A stretch of DNA of 64,000 bases from a virus. Lineage: Duplodnaviria; Heunggongvirae; Uroviricota; Caudoviricetes. Under the pieces are notes generated by a model. The model was not told where the DNA came from, ran no database searches, and saw only the letters and a program-made list of their open reading frames with translations. The stretch lies in the IMG/VR virus record IMGVR_UViG_2974506819_000001, positions 34,789-98,788 of that record; one strand, given 5' to 3'. Below are positions 1-9,193 of the stretch, piece by piece (position 1 is the first letter of the stretch; each line of letters starts with the position of its first letter). The position numbers and the translations under genes are program-made.

Positions 1-2
1 AG

Positions 3-1094
3 ACCAAGAAAACCTGGCGTCAGGATATTCTGGACTTGCTGGACCCGCTGAGCAACGTTAAGAAGAACGTGCGTGATGAGCTCAAGATGCTGTTCTCTCG
101 CATGCACATTGAAGTGGAAAACGAAGGCGTCGACAACCGCTTCATTCACTTCAAGGTCAGCAAAGGTGGTGGACGTTCTAAAATCACCGGCGAGAAGGTG
201 TACTACAAAACCAAGCCAAGCTTCCCGTTCTATAATGAAATGGTGAAGAAGCTGGCACGCAGTGAAGGGATGGCGGATAACCAAACGGTTGAAGTCAATA
301 ACTTTAGCGTGTCTCGTGGCGCACTGAAAGTGGCGGTTGATCTGTTCCAGGGTATCCTGCCGGCGGTAATGGCTCCGGACGACTACGAGTTTGAATCCAC
401 TCAACCGGTGGCAGCACGCTTGACGTCGTTCTTGATGTGTTATGCAGAAATGGCCGAACAGCTGAACCGTCTGCAGAACAACTTCCGCGCTGACTTCGAT
501 AAGAAGGGTATTTACCCAATCGATGTAAGCTGGGTAGAGCACCTGGAAAACCTGCCGGACATCTATCGTCAGGTACCGCAGATGGATTACAACTCGCACA
601 ACACGCAGGAAGAATCCACCAGTGGTGTCAACCAGGGCAACCTGGGCAACATGCTGAGCTTCAACAGCAACAGCAACAATACCCAACAGCAACAGCAGAA
701 CCCGCAACAGCAAGTGACCAATCAGATGGCACAGGCGCAGGGCTTTGATACCACCGCTCCGATGATGCAGCCGGGCGATGACTATCAGAACTTTGACATC
801 GACTACAACACCAACTCCGTCATGCACTATGCACGTAACCGTTCTACCGGCATGACTGTATTGTACCGTTGTTCTCGTCGTGGTAACCTGATTGAGCGTC
901 GCGAGCTGTATCCGCAGCAGCAGGGCGGTATGATGGGTGGTATGAACATGGGCATGCAGAACATGATGCCTAACATGATGATGATGATGCCTAACGGCAT
1001 GATGACCATGATGCCGATGTCAGCACCGACAGCGGGTTCTACCATGAACAGCATCCAGCCGGGCAGCTACGATAACACCCCAGCGGTGTTCTAA
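3..1094 (+). CDS. Hypothetical protein, 5'-truncated by the window edge, with a Gln/Asn/Met-rich low-complexity C-terminal half
   Basis: Frame is open from base 3 (TKKTWRQDILDLLDPL...), so the true start lies outside the window. C-terminus contains QQQQQNPQQQ and GGMMGGMNMGMQNMMPNMMMMMPNGMMTMMPM. It precedes the nvRNAP genes. Confidence 0.8.
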   Translation, partial: TKKTWRQDILDLLDPLSNVKKNVRDELKMLFSRMHIEVENEGVDNRFIHFKVSKGGGRSKITGEKVYYKTKPSFPFYNEMVKKLARSEGMADNQTVEVNNFSVSRGALKVAVDLFQGILPAVMAPDDYEFESTQPVAARLTSFLMCYAEMAEQLNRLQNNFRADFDKKGIYPIDVSWVEHLENLPDIYRQVPQMDYNSHNTQEESTSGVNQGNLGNMLSFNSNSNNTQQQQQNPQQQVTNQMAQAQGFDTTAPMMQPGDDYQNFDIDYNTNSVMHYARNRSTGMTVLYRCSRRGNLIERRELYPQQQGGMMGGMNMGMQNMMPNMMMMMPNGMMTMMPMSAPTAGSTMNSIQPGSYDNTPAVF

Positions 1095-1110
1095 CTCGCA
1101 ACATAACCCC

Positions 1111-1140
1111 TACCCCAGTACCCGTCAAGGTACTGGGGTA
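1111..1140. terminator. Hairpin at a convergent gene junction
   Basis: TACCCCAGTACC-cgtcaa-GGTACTGGGGTA, a 12-bp perfect stem between the converging ORFs ending at 1094 and 1161. Confidence 0.75.
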
Positions 1141-1160
1141 AAAGGAGATTGTATTCTTTT

Positions 1161-1487
1161 TTAACTGCGAACAGTATTCTTACGGGCTATGATGCTTTCC
1201 AGCTCAGATTCATTAAGGGTACGGATCTCTTTCAGTCCGCTGATATCCATAAAGGGATCTTCAATACCGTTAATAAAGGCAGTGGCCCAATACAAATGTG
1301 GCGGTATGCCTTCGCTGCGAAGTAAACGGTAGAAATCAAACCGATACATCTGCACCGAATAACGATTAATGATCGATTTGGTTCCCGCAGACTTCAGTAG
1401 CAGTTCTTTCTCTGACCGCACCAGGGTTTTAAACTCTTCGGTGTAGTAGAAGGCATACAGTTCGTTGTAGCCGGTTTCAATAGGCAC
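1161..1487 (-). CDS. Small protein with a LysM-like (T4 gp53/P2 gpX-type) baseplate motif
   Basis: 108-aa ORF. YRFDFYRLLRSEGIPPHLYWATAFINGIEDP resembles the 'D..a...yg...lyW.i...N.i.dP' pattern of gp53-like proteins (recognised by eye). Confidence 0.5.
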   Translation of the reverse strand: MPIETGYNELYAFYYTEEFKTLVRSEKELLLKSAGTKSIINRYSVQMYRFDFYRLLRSEGIPPHLYWATAFINGIEDPFMDISGLKEIRTLNESELESIIARKNTVRS

Positions 1488-1506
1488 GTCTTAATCTCCT
1501 ATGCAA

Positions 1507-1524
1507 TTTTAGCACTATATTATT
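1507..1524 (+). promoter_or_regulatory. Putative phage early promoter motif TTTY-N4-CTAYATWAYT
   Basis: TTTT-AGCA-CTATATTATT about 44 nt upstream of the RNAP beta gene. The same spaced motif occurs at 42341, 47910 and 53416. Confidence 0.55.
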
Positions 1525-1567
1525 AAATTGTAAATGGACAAGTAGTTTCACTAAAGAGGTATAATTA

Positions 1568-3679
1568 ATGGGCCTTAAAATCAACCAACTTCATCCTGAT
1601 GTCATGGGTGTCTGCATTAACCTTAACGTGTTTCCGTGGAATAACTCCGCCGCACGTTTGTACATGTGCGGTAACATGATTCCAAAGTCAGTGGTGACCG
1701 TTGGTCGGACTACCCGTAAGATTATCTCCGGGTTCGAAAAACAGTATGGAGAAACTGCGCGCAAAATCACGGCCCCGGCTAACATGACCGTTGAGCAGGT
1801 TTTCTTTATTGAAAGTCTGCAAGGCAATGGATTGGCAACCGACGAATGGAACAGCATTTGGGTGGTGTTCAAGAATGATGAAAAGAACGCCTACGATGTG
1901 CTGGAACTTCCTCGGTACAATACCCAGAACACCTACATCGGCTTCGAATACGTTTATGACAAAGAAATGATTAAGCGTCTGTTCGAAGAGAAGAACCCCA
2001 CCTTCCGTAAAGGTGATGTGTTCGGGTGGTCCCCACGCATCAGTGAAAGTGGTGAGTGGCGGTTCGGGATGGAAACCAAGGTCGCAGCCATGTCTTCTCA
2101 CCGTACGGAAGAGGACGGCATTGTTATCACCGAGAGCTATGCGCGTAACCGTATGCGCTGTATGTTCAAACATGAACGTGAGTTCAACTGGGATGAAGAA
2201 GAGTACGTGCCGGTGTTCCTGTACGGTACTGACGAGAATCCGCGTCCGTTCCCGGAAAGCGGTGAACCGATTCGTCCTGATGGTCTGGTTATGGCTTTCC
2301 GCAAGCGCGTCACGGAAAACGCGTTAGTCAGTCTTACCAAGAAAGCATTGCGTACACCGGACTACCTGTATGACATTCTGTTCTATGCACCGGCTGGTGC
2401 ACGGGTAATGTCAATCGACGTCAGCAGCGACCGTATGAAGAACCAGTCGAATAACCGCAGCACGGAATACATCGACCAGGAACATAATCGGATGCTGACT
2501 CAGATGGAACGTGCAGCAAACGAACACTTCATGCGCATCATCTCCTGGTACGAGAACAAGAACTACCATAACGGTAAAGTGGAAATCCCGGTGACCTTTG
2601 AGCTGGATACCTTTATCCGTAATGCCTACTACAACTACACCGTGGACTTCCGCGGTCAGACCAAGCAGATTAACCCGTTGTACCGTGCTTTCAAACGTAC
2701 CCGTAAGAAAGACTGGAACGTGAAGATTCTGCTGAAAGAAGAAGTGGTGGGTCGCAGTAAGTTCAAGCTCTCGGGCATGAACGGTGACAAAGGTGTAGCC
2801 GTAACCGTTATTCCTGATGACCATGCACCGATGTACGAAGACGGTACCCGTGCTGAAATCATCATCAACAACACGCCGGCGTTCCGTCGTCAAATCTTCG
2901 GGATGTTAATGGAGATGAGTATTAACTTCATCAACATGAACGTTCACCGGGAAATGTGTGCACTGCGTGACCAGGGTAATTATAAGGAGGCGTGGGCGAA
3001 GCTGATTGAGTTCTACCATACCGCTAACCCTGAGTTCGGTGAGATGGTGGATTCGGTGTACGTAACGGATGAAGAGCGTTTCGAGCACGTGGATTACGTT
3101 GCCCGTGACCAAATCTCCATTCAGTACCGCAGCGACTCAAAAGTAGTTGGGGCCGATATCATTAATGCGTTACGGAAGAAGTATTCTTATAAGCCGCAGA
3201 AAGCGTACTTCGTGAATGCCCTGGGTGAACGTATTCTCAGTGAGAACCCGATTCTGATTACGTCCATGTACTACATGCTGTTGGACAAATTCGGAACGGA
3301 CATGTCATCTCAGGCCATGCCGAAGTCGAACCTGTTTGGTATGCCGGCGAAGCTCAACGAGCAGGATAAACACGGGAACTGGTATCGCGATATCTGGAAC
3401 CGTAACTCCGGGGAAACGGAATCACGTCTGCGCGTTAGCCAGAGTGGTTCACAGGAAATCGTCAAGAACTTGGCGCTGGCCTACTCTCCTGACCTGCGTC
3501 GTGCTGTAGCGTCCCGCATTATCCGTGCTGACGATCCGTTTGAAATCAAGCAGATTGTGAAGCCGGCAGAATACGCCACGAATGCTGCAGTTATCATGGG
3601 TGGCTCTATGCTGTCCGATTCGGGGTACACTATCCGTCACGAACGCCCAACCGATCGCTCTTCAAATACCGGGGAATAA
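1568..3679 (+). CDS. Non-virion RNA polymerase beta subunit, C-terminal part (phiKZ gp71-73-like)
   Basis: RpoB-like motifs: RLYMCGNMIPKSV (cf. RALMGSNMQRQAV), EDGIVITES, KFKLSGMNGDKGV (cf. GDKMAGRHGNKGV), MYYMLLDK, RNSGETESR (cf. RFGEMEVW). Confidence 0.93.
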   Translation: MGLKINQLHPDVMGVCINLNVFPWNNSAARLYMCGNMIPKSVVTVGRTTRKIISGFEKQYGETARKITAPANMTVEQVFFIESLQGNGLATDEWNSIWVVFKNDEKNAYDVLELPRYNTQNTYIGFEYVYDKEMIKRLFEEKNPTFRKGDVFGWSPRISESGEWRFGMETKVAAMSSHRTEEDGIVITESYARNRMRCMFKHEREFNWDEEEYVPVFLYGTDENPRPFPESGEPIRPDGLVMAFRKRVTENALVSLTKKALRTPDYLYDILFYAPAGARVMSIDVSSDRMKNQSNNRSTEYIDQEHNRMLTQMERAANEHFMRIISWYENKNYHNGKVEIPVTFELDTFIRNAYYNYTVDFRGQTKQINPLYRAFKRTRKKDWNVKILLKEEVVGRSKFKLSGMNGDKGVAVTVIPDDHAPMYEDGTRAEIIINNTPAFRRQIFGMLMEMSINFINMNVHREMCALRDQGNYKEAWAKLIEFYHTANPEFGEMVDSVYVTDEERFEHVDYVARDQISIQYRSDSKVVGADIINALRKKYSYKPQKAYFVNALGERILSENPILITSMYYMLLDKFGTDMSSQAMPKSNLFGMPAKLNEQDKHGNWYRDIWNRNSGETESRLRVSQSGSQEIVKNLALAYSPDLRRAVASRIIRADDPFEIKQIVKPAEYATNAAVIMGGSMLSDSGYTIRHERPTDRSSNTGE

Positions 3680-3686
3680 TAGCGAC

Positions 3687-5672
3687 ATGATGAAAATTAA
3701 TCTTCGAGAGTTTGCTAACCTACCAGAAGAAACTATTCTGCGTTGGCGAGGATTTCGTTTTGCCGCAGAGGTCACGGATGACTTCGGGGAAACCAAAAAG
3801 TCAGACACCTATAACCTGATGCTCAGTTGGTATGGACTGATTGTGCATCGACAGTTTAATGAGGAGAAATATCACCTGGATGAAATCGTGGACTGTAAAG
3901 TCTATAACGAAGATTCCTTGGCGGAACCGATTAACTGTTTCCTGAACCGTATCATGGTCACGATGTACGACCCGGTTCAGTCTGACCTGATTAAACGCCT
4001 CATTTATATCTGGCAGTGCAAGCTCAATAACTTCCTGGTGGCTACTACTGAAGGTCACGCTATCTCTGCGGATGCCGAGTGCGTATCGGAAGTGCAGCAA
4101 GACCCAGGCATCATTGAGCTGCGCAATCGGGTACTGGCCGGTAAGATTTCCATTGACGATGGTGAGCAGGAGTTCATCACCTACATGGAAACATCACCGT
4201 CGCTGGATTACAACACCTTTGCGCTGCTGGCACGTACTGGTGGTGTGCAGTACAACCAGGCGTATCAGACTATCATCTGTCGTGGTGCGGTGTTTGATTT
4301 GAACAACCAAATCTTCCCGAACCCGATTTATGATTCGTACGCTACGGGTATCACCAACCTGGCAGACTCCCTGGCAGAAATTAAGGGTGCGGGTAAATCA
4401 CTGATTACCAACGGCAAGGCGCTGAAGGACTCAGAATGGTTCCACCGTAAAACGCACCTTTATATGTCTGTGCTGGAATCGATTGACCACTTCCACGACT
4501 GTGGTTCACCGTACACAGTTCCACTGAAAGTCACCGGCAAAGACTTTGCTAAATCCCTGCAGGGGAAATACATGGTCACCGAAGACAGTCAGCTGGTATT
4601 GATTACGCGTGACGTGTCGAAGAAGCTGGTGATTGGCGACACCGTGAACATCCGTTCACAGGCGTTCTGCTTGTCTCACAATCCAGCGGCTCCGTGTCGT
4701 GTCTGTTACGGTATGATGAAAACCGTTGTGCCGTACAACACCATCATGAAGCGGGATGCCAACATCGGGATGTTCTCAGGGACCACGGTCTGTAACCCGA
4801 TGGGTCAGAAAATGCTGTCCACTAAACACTTCCTGCGTAACACCACCACACAACCGTTTGCCGTAATGCGTGCAGATGCTGACATCATCAATACCAACGG
4901 TGATGACATCTTCCTGAACAAAGACCTGTGTCGTGCAGGAACGGAACTGGTATTGCCGGTGGCTGTGGTGCGTGAACTGTCGGACCTGCGTTCTCTGGAT
5001 ACTTTGGAAAACGTAAGCCAGGATAAACTGTCCTTCTTTAACGATGTGACGTTTAAGTACACCATGGAAGATCCAATGATTGGCGGGACCACCACCCATC
5101 AGCGTTCTGTAGTGACATCAGTGTCCTCTCGTTCTGCGAAGATGACCACTGACTTCCTGGAGTACGTACTGACCCGTGGTTGGAAAGTGCAGGACAAGAA
5201 GTTCATCTCGGTAGAGTTAGGCGGCTGGAACCATAAAGCTCCGCTGTTTGAACTGCCGTACATGCACGAAGACCTGGACGTTCACCGTCGGCGTATCGAA
5301 TCGTTCTTGACGTTCTCAAACCGCAACATCACCTGGAAGAAGCAGGAGGTGACCCCGCGTCTGTTTGGTGACGTGCTGAGCGAATTCTGGCAGCTCATGG
5401 CGCAGAAGTTTAAGGGCAACAACATTATCCATTTAGAGACAATGCTGTATGCCACAACGGCTGCGGACCCGTTCAATGGATGTTATGCACTGGTCAACGG
5501 CCGGGGTACTAAGTACTTCACGTCGTTTGTCAATTGCATCAACAACCGTGGTGCAGGAACCATGTTAATATTCGAACGCCAGCAAACGTACTTGAACGAC
5601 CCTAAATCGTTCTTGATCAAAGACCGCCAGGGTACCCCCCTGGAGTGTTTCTGGAACCTGGCTTGTAGTTAA
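3687..5672 (+). CDS. Non-virion RNA polymerase beta' subunit, C-terminal part (phiKZ gp74-like)
   Basis: Bridge-helix-like KGAGKSLITNGKALKDSEWFHRK, Zn-site Cys (DCGS, FC...CRVCYG) and trigger-loop-like GTTVCNPMGQKMLSTKH. Start set at ATG 3687 after the upstream stop; the track's 3582 start overlaps the previous gene. Confidence 0.9.
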   Translation: MMKINLREFANLPEETILRWRGFRFAAEVTDDFGETKKSDTYNLMLSWYGLIVHRQFNEEKYHLDEIVDCKVYNEDSLAEPINCFLNRIMVTMYDPVQSDLIKRLIYIWQCKLNNFLVATTEGHAISADAECVSEVQQDPGIIELRNRVLAGKISIDDGEQEFITYMETSPSLDYNTFALLARTGGVQYNQAYQTIICRGAVFDLNNQIFPNPIYDSYATGITNLADSLAEIKGAGKSLITNGKALKDSEWFHRKTHLYMSVLESIDHFHDCGSPYTVPLKVTGKDFAKSLQGKYMVTEDSQLVLITRDVSKKLVIGDTVNIRSQAFCLSHNPAAPCRVCYGMMKTVVPYNTIMKRDANIGMFSGTTVCNPMGQKMLSTKHFLRNTTTQPFAVMRADADIINTNGDDIFLNKDLCRAGTELVLPVAVVRELSDLRSLDTLENVSQDKLSFFNDVTFKYTMEDPMIGGTTTHQRSVVTSVSSRSAKMTTDFLEYVLTRGWKVQDKKFISVELGGWNHKAPLFELPYMHEDLDVHRRRIESFLTFSNRNITWKKQEVTPRLFGDVLSEFWQLMAQKFKGNNIIHLETMLYATTAADPFNGCYALVNGRGTKYFTSFVNCINNRGAGTMLIFERQQTYLNDPKSFLIKDRQGTPLECFWNLACS

Positions 5673-5687
5673 GGACAGGAGTAGGGT

Positions 5688-7220
5688 ATGCGCCATACGG
5701 CCGTTATTAGCACGGCGAATAACTATATCCGTGTTCATGGTTATCACCAGGAGTTCGTCGAGCGTGTGATAATGCCGTTTTGTCGTATGAACCTGTATAA
5801 GACGGGGAGGGTCCCAATACCTGGGACCCGTGAAACCAAATACGTGACCACTCATGTGTTTGCCCGGTTTAACTTCGACAAAACAGAATTTCGCATTTGC
5901 CGCGAACTGTTTGATAGCTTTATCGATTATGCTGATACTCATGGCTACCACAAGAAACGTATCAAGGTTATCTCCGAAGCCGAACTGAGTGGCGTTAACG
6001 TCTCGTTTCAGTTTCAGGACGGTTGGGGGTCACCGCGACCGCATCAGGTGGATTGGTTAGAGTATCAGATGGGTGAAGGTGCGCTCAAGATAAACAACAT
6101 GACGCCCGGGGGCGGTAAAACGTTTTGTGCGTTATACCAGATGGTGAAGATGGGTGTTCGCACCCTGATTACCATTCAGCCACGGTATATTCCGGTGTGG
6201 ATTAAAGCACTGGGGGATATTGTACAGCTGGGTCCCCGTGACGTTATCTTGTGTGAGGGTGACCTCTCGCAAATCGTCGAGAACATTGAGAACGGTACGA
6301 TTAACCCCAAAGTGGTTATTCTGCCGATGACCCGTATTGAACAGCATCTGAAGAAAGAGAAAGAAGACGAGTCCTATCCCGATTTGGACAACATCTTCCG
6401 GCGCATGGGTTGTGGGTTCCGTATCCAGGACGAAGCACACGAAGCCATCCACCAAATCTACCTTTCCATGATGTACGGTAACTTTCCTAAAACCCTGGTG
6501 CTCTCGGGTACATTGCAAGCCGATGACCCGTTCACCAACAAGATTTACCGCTGGCTGTTCCCGAAGAAGCATTACCTGAAGGCAACAGAACATAAGCAAT
6601 ACCTGGACATCGTTGCTTACCAGTATCAGATTGACATGCGCAAGTATCGCATTAATACCATGTCATTTGGGTCGTACAGTGATGTGACCTTTGAGAAGTC
6701 GATTATCCGTAATGGCAAGTTGATGAAGTTTTACTTTGAGCTCGTGAAGAAAGCGTTTGACGAGTTCTACCTTCCTCGAAGGCGTGAGGGTGGCAAGTGT
6801 CTGCTCTTCTTTTCGAAGGTGGATATGTGCGAACGCATTTGTTCAATGCTTAAGCACTGCTACCCTGACATGGATATCATCACGTACACCGGTGAGAACA
6901 GTAAGAAGGAACGCAAAGACGAGTACCGTAAGCATGAGGTGGTAATCTCTACCCCTGGTAGCTGCGGAACCGGTAAGGACATACCGGGACTCATCAACGT
7001 GTTCTGTTGGCACACTGTGTCCTCTATGCAACGTAACGACCAGATACTGATGCGCCTTCGCGATATCAGCAACCTCTGGACGGACATCGACCCGTTGTTC
7101 CTTTACGGCGTTTGTCTCGATATACCGAAGCATAAGGAGTATCACCGTAAACGTTATTCTCTGTTTGAACCAAAAGCCAAGCGTCAACGGCTGATTAATT
7201 CCGACATGATTCTAATGTAA
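5688..7220 (+). CDS. Superfamily 2 (DEAH) helicase, UvsW/phiKZ gp75-like
   Basis: Walker A MTPGGGKT, motif II IQDEAH, motif III LSGT, motif VI-like QILMRLRD. RBS AGGAG precedes the start. Confidence 0.9.
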   Translation: MRHTAVISTANNYIRVHGYHQEFVERVIMPFCRMNLYKTGRVPIPGTRETKYVTTHVFARFNFDKTEFRICRELFDSFIDYADTHGYHKKRIKVISEAELSGVNVSFQFQDGWGSPRPHQVDWLEYQMGEGALKINNMTPGGGKTFCALYQMVKMGVRTLITIQPRYIPVWIKALGDIVQLGPRDVILCEGDLSQIVENIENGTINPKVVILPMTRIEQHLKKEKEDESYPDLDNIFRRMGCGFRIQDEAHEAIHQIYLSMMYGNFPKTLVLSGTLQADDPFTNKIYRWLFPKKHYLKATEHKQYLDIVAYQYQIDMRKYRINTMSFGSYSDVTFEKSIIRNGKLMKFYFELVKKAFDEFYLPRRREGGKCLLFFSKVDMCERICSMLKHCYPDMDIITYTGENSKKERKDEYRKHEVVISTPGSCGTGKDIPGLINVFCWHTVSSMQRNDQILMRLRDISNLWTDIDPLFLYGVCLDIPKHKEYHRKRYSLFEPKAKRQRLINSDMILM

Positions 7221-7228
7221 TTGAAGAT

Positions 7229-7260
7229 TACCCTCTCTCCCTTCCCGGGGAGAGAGGGTA
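7229..7260 (+). terminator. Intrinsic terminator-like hairpin
   Basis: TACCCTCTCTCCC-ttcccg-GGGAGAGAGGGTA, a 13-bp stem followed by TTTTCTT, directly after the helicase stop. Confidence 0.8.
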
Positions 7261-7314
7261 TTTTCTTAGTGTCGTTCCCATATTACATGGTGTTAACGCG
7301 TCGAGAAGGTTGAA

Positions 7315-7749
7315 ATGAGCGACGAGAAAGATTTTGATAAAGAGAATGCGGACCAGCAATTTAGTATCGTGTTTCGCAACCAGCACGGCTATACCGAGGA
7401 CATCTACGAACTGTTAAAGGGGAGCTTGACTGATGCTTTACTTGCTTATGAAACTGCTGAGACGTGTTCTTATGACAACCTCCAGTGGGACATCACCCAA
7501 CAGATATACGACCAACGAGGACGATTAAACGTCAGTCCTTTAAACGACAGCTACATGCGCATCCTAAAAGATGACCGCGAGTGGCGAGACGAAATGTATA
7601 CCGGTACCCAGTTCCTGATTAACCATGTGTTGCAGGAGAACGAGGCCCGACTGTTAAGCATTTATCAATCGTACAACATTCGAGATGTGCAGGTCCCGGT
7701 AGTCACACAGAATCGCATTTTGGTGTTGTTGTCAGGGTTAAAGAAATGA
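7315..7749 (+). CDS. Hypothetical protein
   Basis: 144-aa ORF with RBS GAAGG; its stop overlaps the next start (ATGA). Confidence 0.75.
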   Translation: MSDEKDFDKENADQQFSIVFRNQHGYTEDIYELLKGSLTDALLAYETAETCSYDNLQWDITQQIYDQRGRLNVSPLNDSYMRILKDDREWRDEMYTGTQFLINHVLQENEARLLSIYQSYNIRDVQVPVVTQNRILVLLSGLKK

Positions 7750-8114
7750 CAACACAACGCTGGGGATCTCTGTTAGTACCGCTAGAAGGTTTAGTGGACT
7801 ATGGCTACTATGAAATCATCTGCCACGCAGTATCAGACAGAATCGTCAGTGTGTTAACCGGGGTGGACTTTGTGGACCACCTTGGGGTTTACGCCATGAA
7901 CTTCATCCAGGTGCCGGACCACTATGTGGAACACGGTAATGAAATGGAATTCTACGCTGAGGTAACGTCTGAACTCCGTACGCAGTTTAACTATAACGAA
8001 TCCCTGCCAGGCTACCTGAATGCCATGAACATTCTCTCGTTTTACCTGGGACACGATTTCCATGTAGCGGATATGAATGAACGTGGCATCACGGTATTGG
8101 TGGAGGCACCTTAA
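7746..8114 (+). CDS. Hypothetical protein
   Basis: 122-aa ORF translationally coupled to both neighbours. Confidence 0.75.
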   Translation: MTTQRWGSLLVPLEGLVDYGYYEIICHAVSDRIVSVLTGVDFVDHLGVYAMNFIQVPDHYVEHGNEMEFYAEVTSELRTQFNYNESLPGYLNAMNILSFYLGHDFHVADMNERGITVLVEAP

Positions 8115-8115
8115 C

Positions 8116-8622
8116 ATGAAAAGCGGAACCATAACCTTAACCGACACCATCTTTGGGATGGATGAAATCAAAGCAGACGTGCAGCAGGACTTACTGGTGT
8201 TGATTATTGTGGAGGCCATCCGCAATATCCTCTGGCAACGTAAAGACCAGATGATGGTGGGTTACCACGAGGCGTTAACGTTACGTCCGCTTGAACAACA
8301 GGACAACACCGTTACCGCTGACGATGTTTATGTAATGTCGTTGAATCACCTCATGGACGTGATTGAGTTAAACGACCCGTTGTTTGACACCGAAGATGCC
8401 GACAGTGTGGCAGAAGTCAGTGCAGCATTGAGTGATAAGCTGTCGATGCTCATGGGGTCGATTGACCGATTCAATCATCACGAAGTCTTGCTCCCCTATC
8501 AGGAACTGCTGTTTAACTTCTATGAAGAGAACGAGTTCCCGAGTGTCTCCGGTACCTTTGTGGGAAACAAAGTTGTGCTCTGTTTCACTACACCGACTAC
8601 GTTTGGTATGGCTACTATTTAA
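8116..8622 (+). CDS. Hypothetical protein
   Basis: ATG 8116 lies 1 nt after the upstream stop, with GGAGG RBS. 168 aa, acidic. Confidence 0.75.
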   Translation: MKSGTITLTDTIFGMDEIKADVQQDLLVLIIVEAIRNILWQRKDQMMVGYHEALTLRPLEQQDNTVTADDVYVMSLNHLMDVIELNDPLFDTEDADSVAEVSAALSDKLSMLMGSIDRFNHHEVLLPYQELLFNFYEENEFPSVSGTFVGNKVVLCFTTPTTFGMATI

Positions 8623-8632
8623 CCTTTATGGT

Positions 8633-8654
8633 CTCTGCTCCGCAAGGGGCAGAG
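8633..8654 (+). terminator. Short hairpin with GCAA tetraloop
   Basis: CTCTGCTCC-gcaa-GGGGCAGAG in the intergenic gap. Confidence 0.5.
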
Positions 8655-8681
8655 GTCAGATACCTATATTGAGGATAGAAA

Positions 8682-9143
8682 ATGACAACGCAGAAAACTA
8701 CCCCTAAGGCAAAGGCTCCGGGGAAACTGGTATTGGCAACGATTGTGGCTGAGTGTGCTTATAAAGGACAACAGGCCGTTATGCAGGGTAAACACGAACT
8801 CGAAGAAAACGGGTTTGAATCCGCTAAGGTATCCCGCTGCTGTAACGGGCGTCGTCGTGAACACAAAGGCTGTGTGTTTGAATACATCTCAGAGAAAGAA
8901 GCACAGAACCATGAGCGTGGTTTTTCACCGGAGACCCGAGCATTCCTCACCAACATCATTCATTTCATGACGCCAGTGATTACCGGTGTGAATGAAGAGA
9001 CCGGTGAAGAGATTGTGATGAACACTGCCTCTGATATGAAGGCCCGTGGTTTCGTGCCGGCTAAGGTACGTGCTATCATTAATAAGGATAAAACCTACAA
9101 CGGCTGGAAGTTCACCCGCAAAGACCCTGGTACCTTGAAATAA
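8682..9143 (+). CDS. Protein with two NUMOD1-like DNA-binding repeats and no nuclease domain
   Basis: GFESAKVSRCCNGRRREHKGCVFEY and GFVPAKVRAIINKDKTYNGWKFTR both match the NUMOD1-type pattern 'Is.ccngk.k...Gy.w.y'. RBS GAGGA. Confidence 0.6.
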   Translation: MTTQKTTPKAKAPGKLVLATIVAECAYKGQQAVMQGKHELEENGFESAKVSRCCNGRRREHKGCVFEYISEKEAQNHERGFSPETRAFLTNIIHFMTPVITGVNEETGEEIVMNTASDMKARGFVPAKVRAIINKDKTYNGWKFTRKDPGTLK

Positions 9144-9147
9144 GGTA

Positions 9148-9175
9148 TACCCTACTCCCCAACGGGAGTAGGGTA
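9148..9175. terminator. Hairpin at a convergent junction
   Basis: TACCCTACTCCC-caac-GGGAGTAGGGTA, a 12-bp stem with a T-rich tract downstream. Confidence 0.8.
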
Positions 9176-9193
9176 GTAACCTGGTTTTATTTT

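Noticed and set aside
924-1019. ATG-rich quasi-tandem DNA as a possible repeat array or CRISPR-like locus
   Set aside because: There are no constant repeat-spacer units; it is simply the coding sequence of a Met-rich tract (kept as a protein-level finding).
1568-5672. Possible introns or inteins in the RNAP, helicase or polymerase genes
   Set aside because: The ORFs are continuous, of expected size, and show no intein C/S...HN motifs or LAGLIDADG/HNH inserts.
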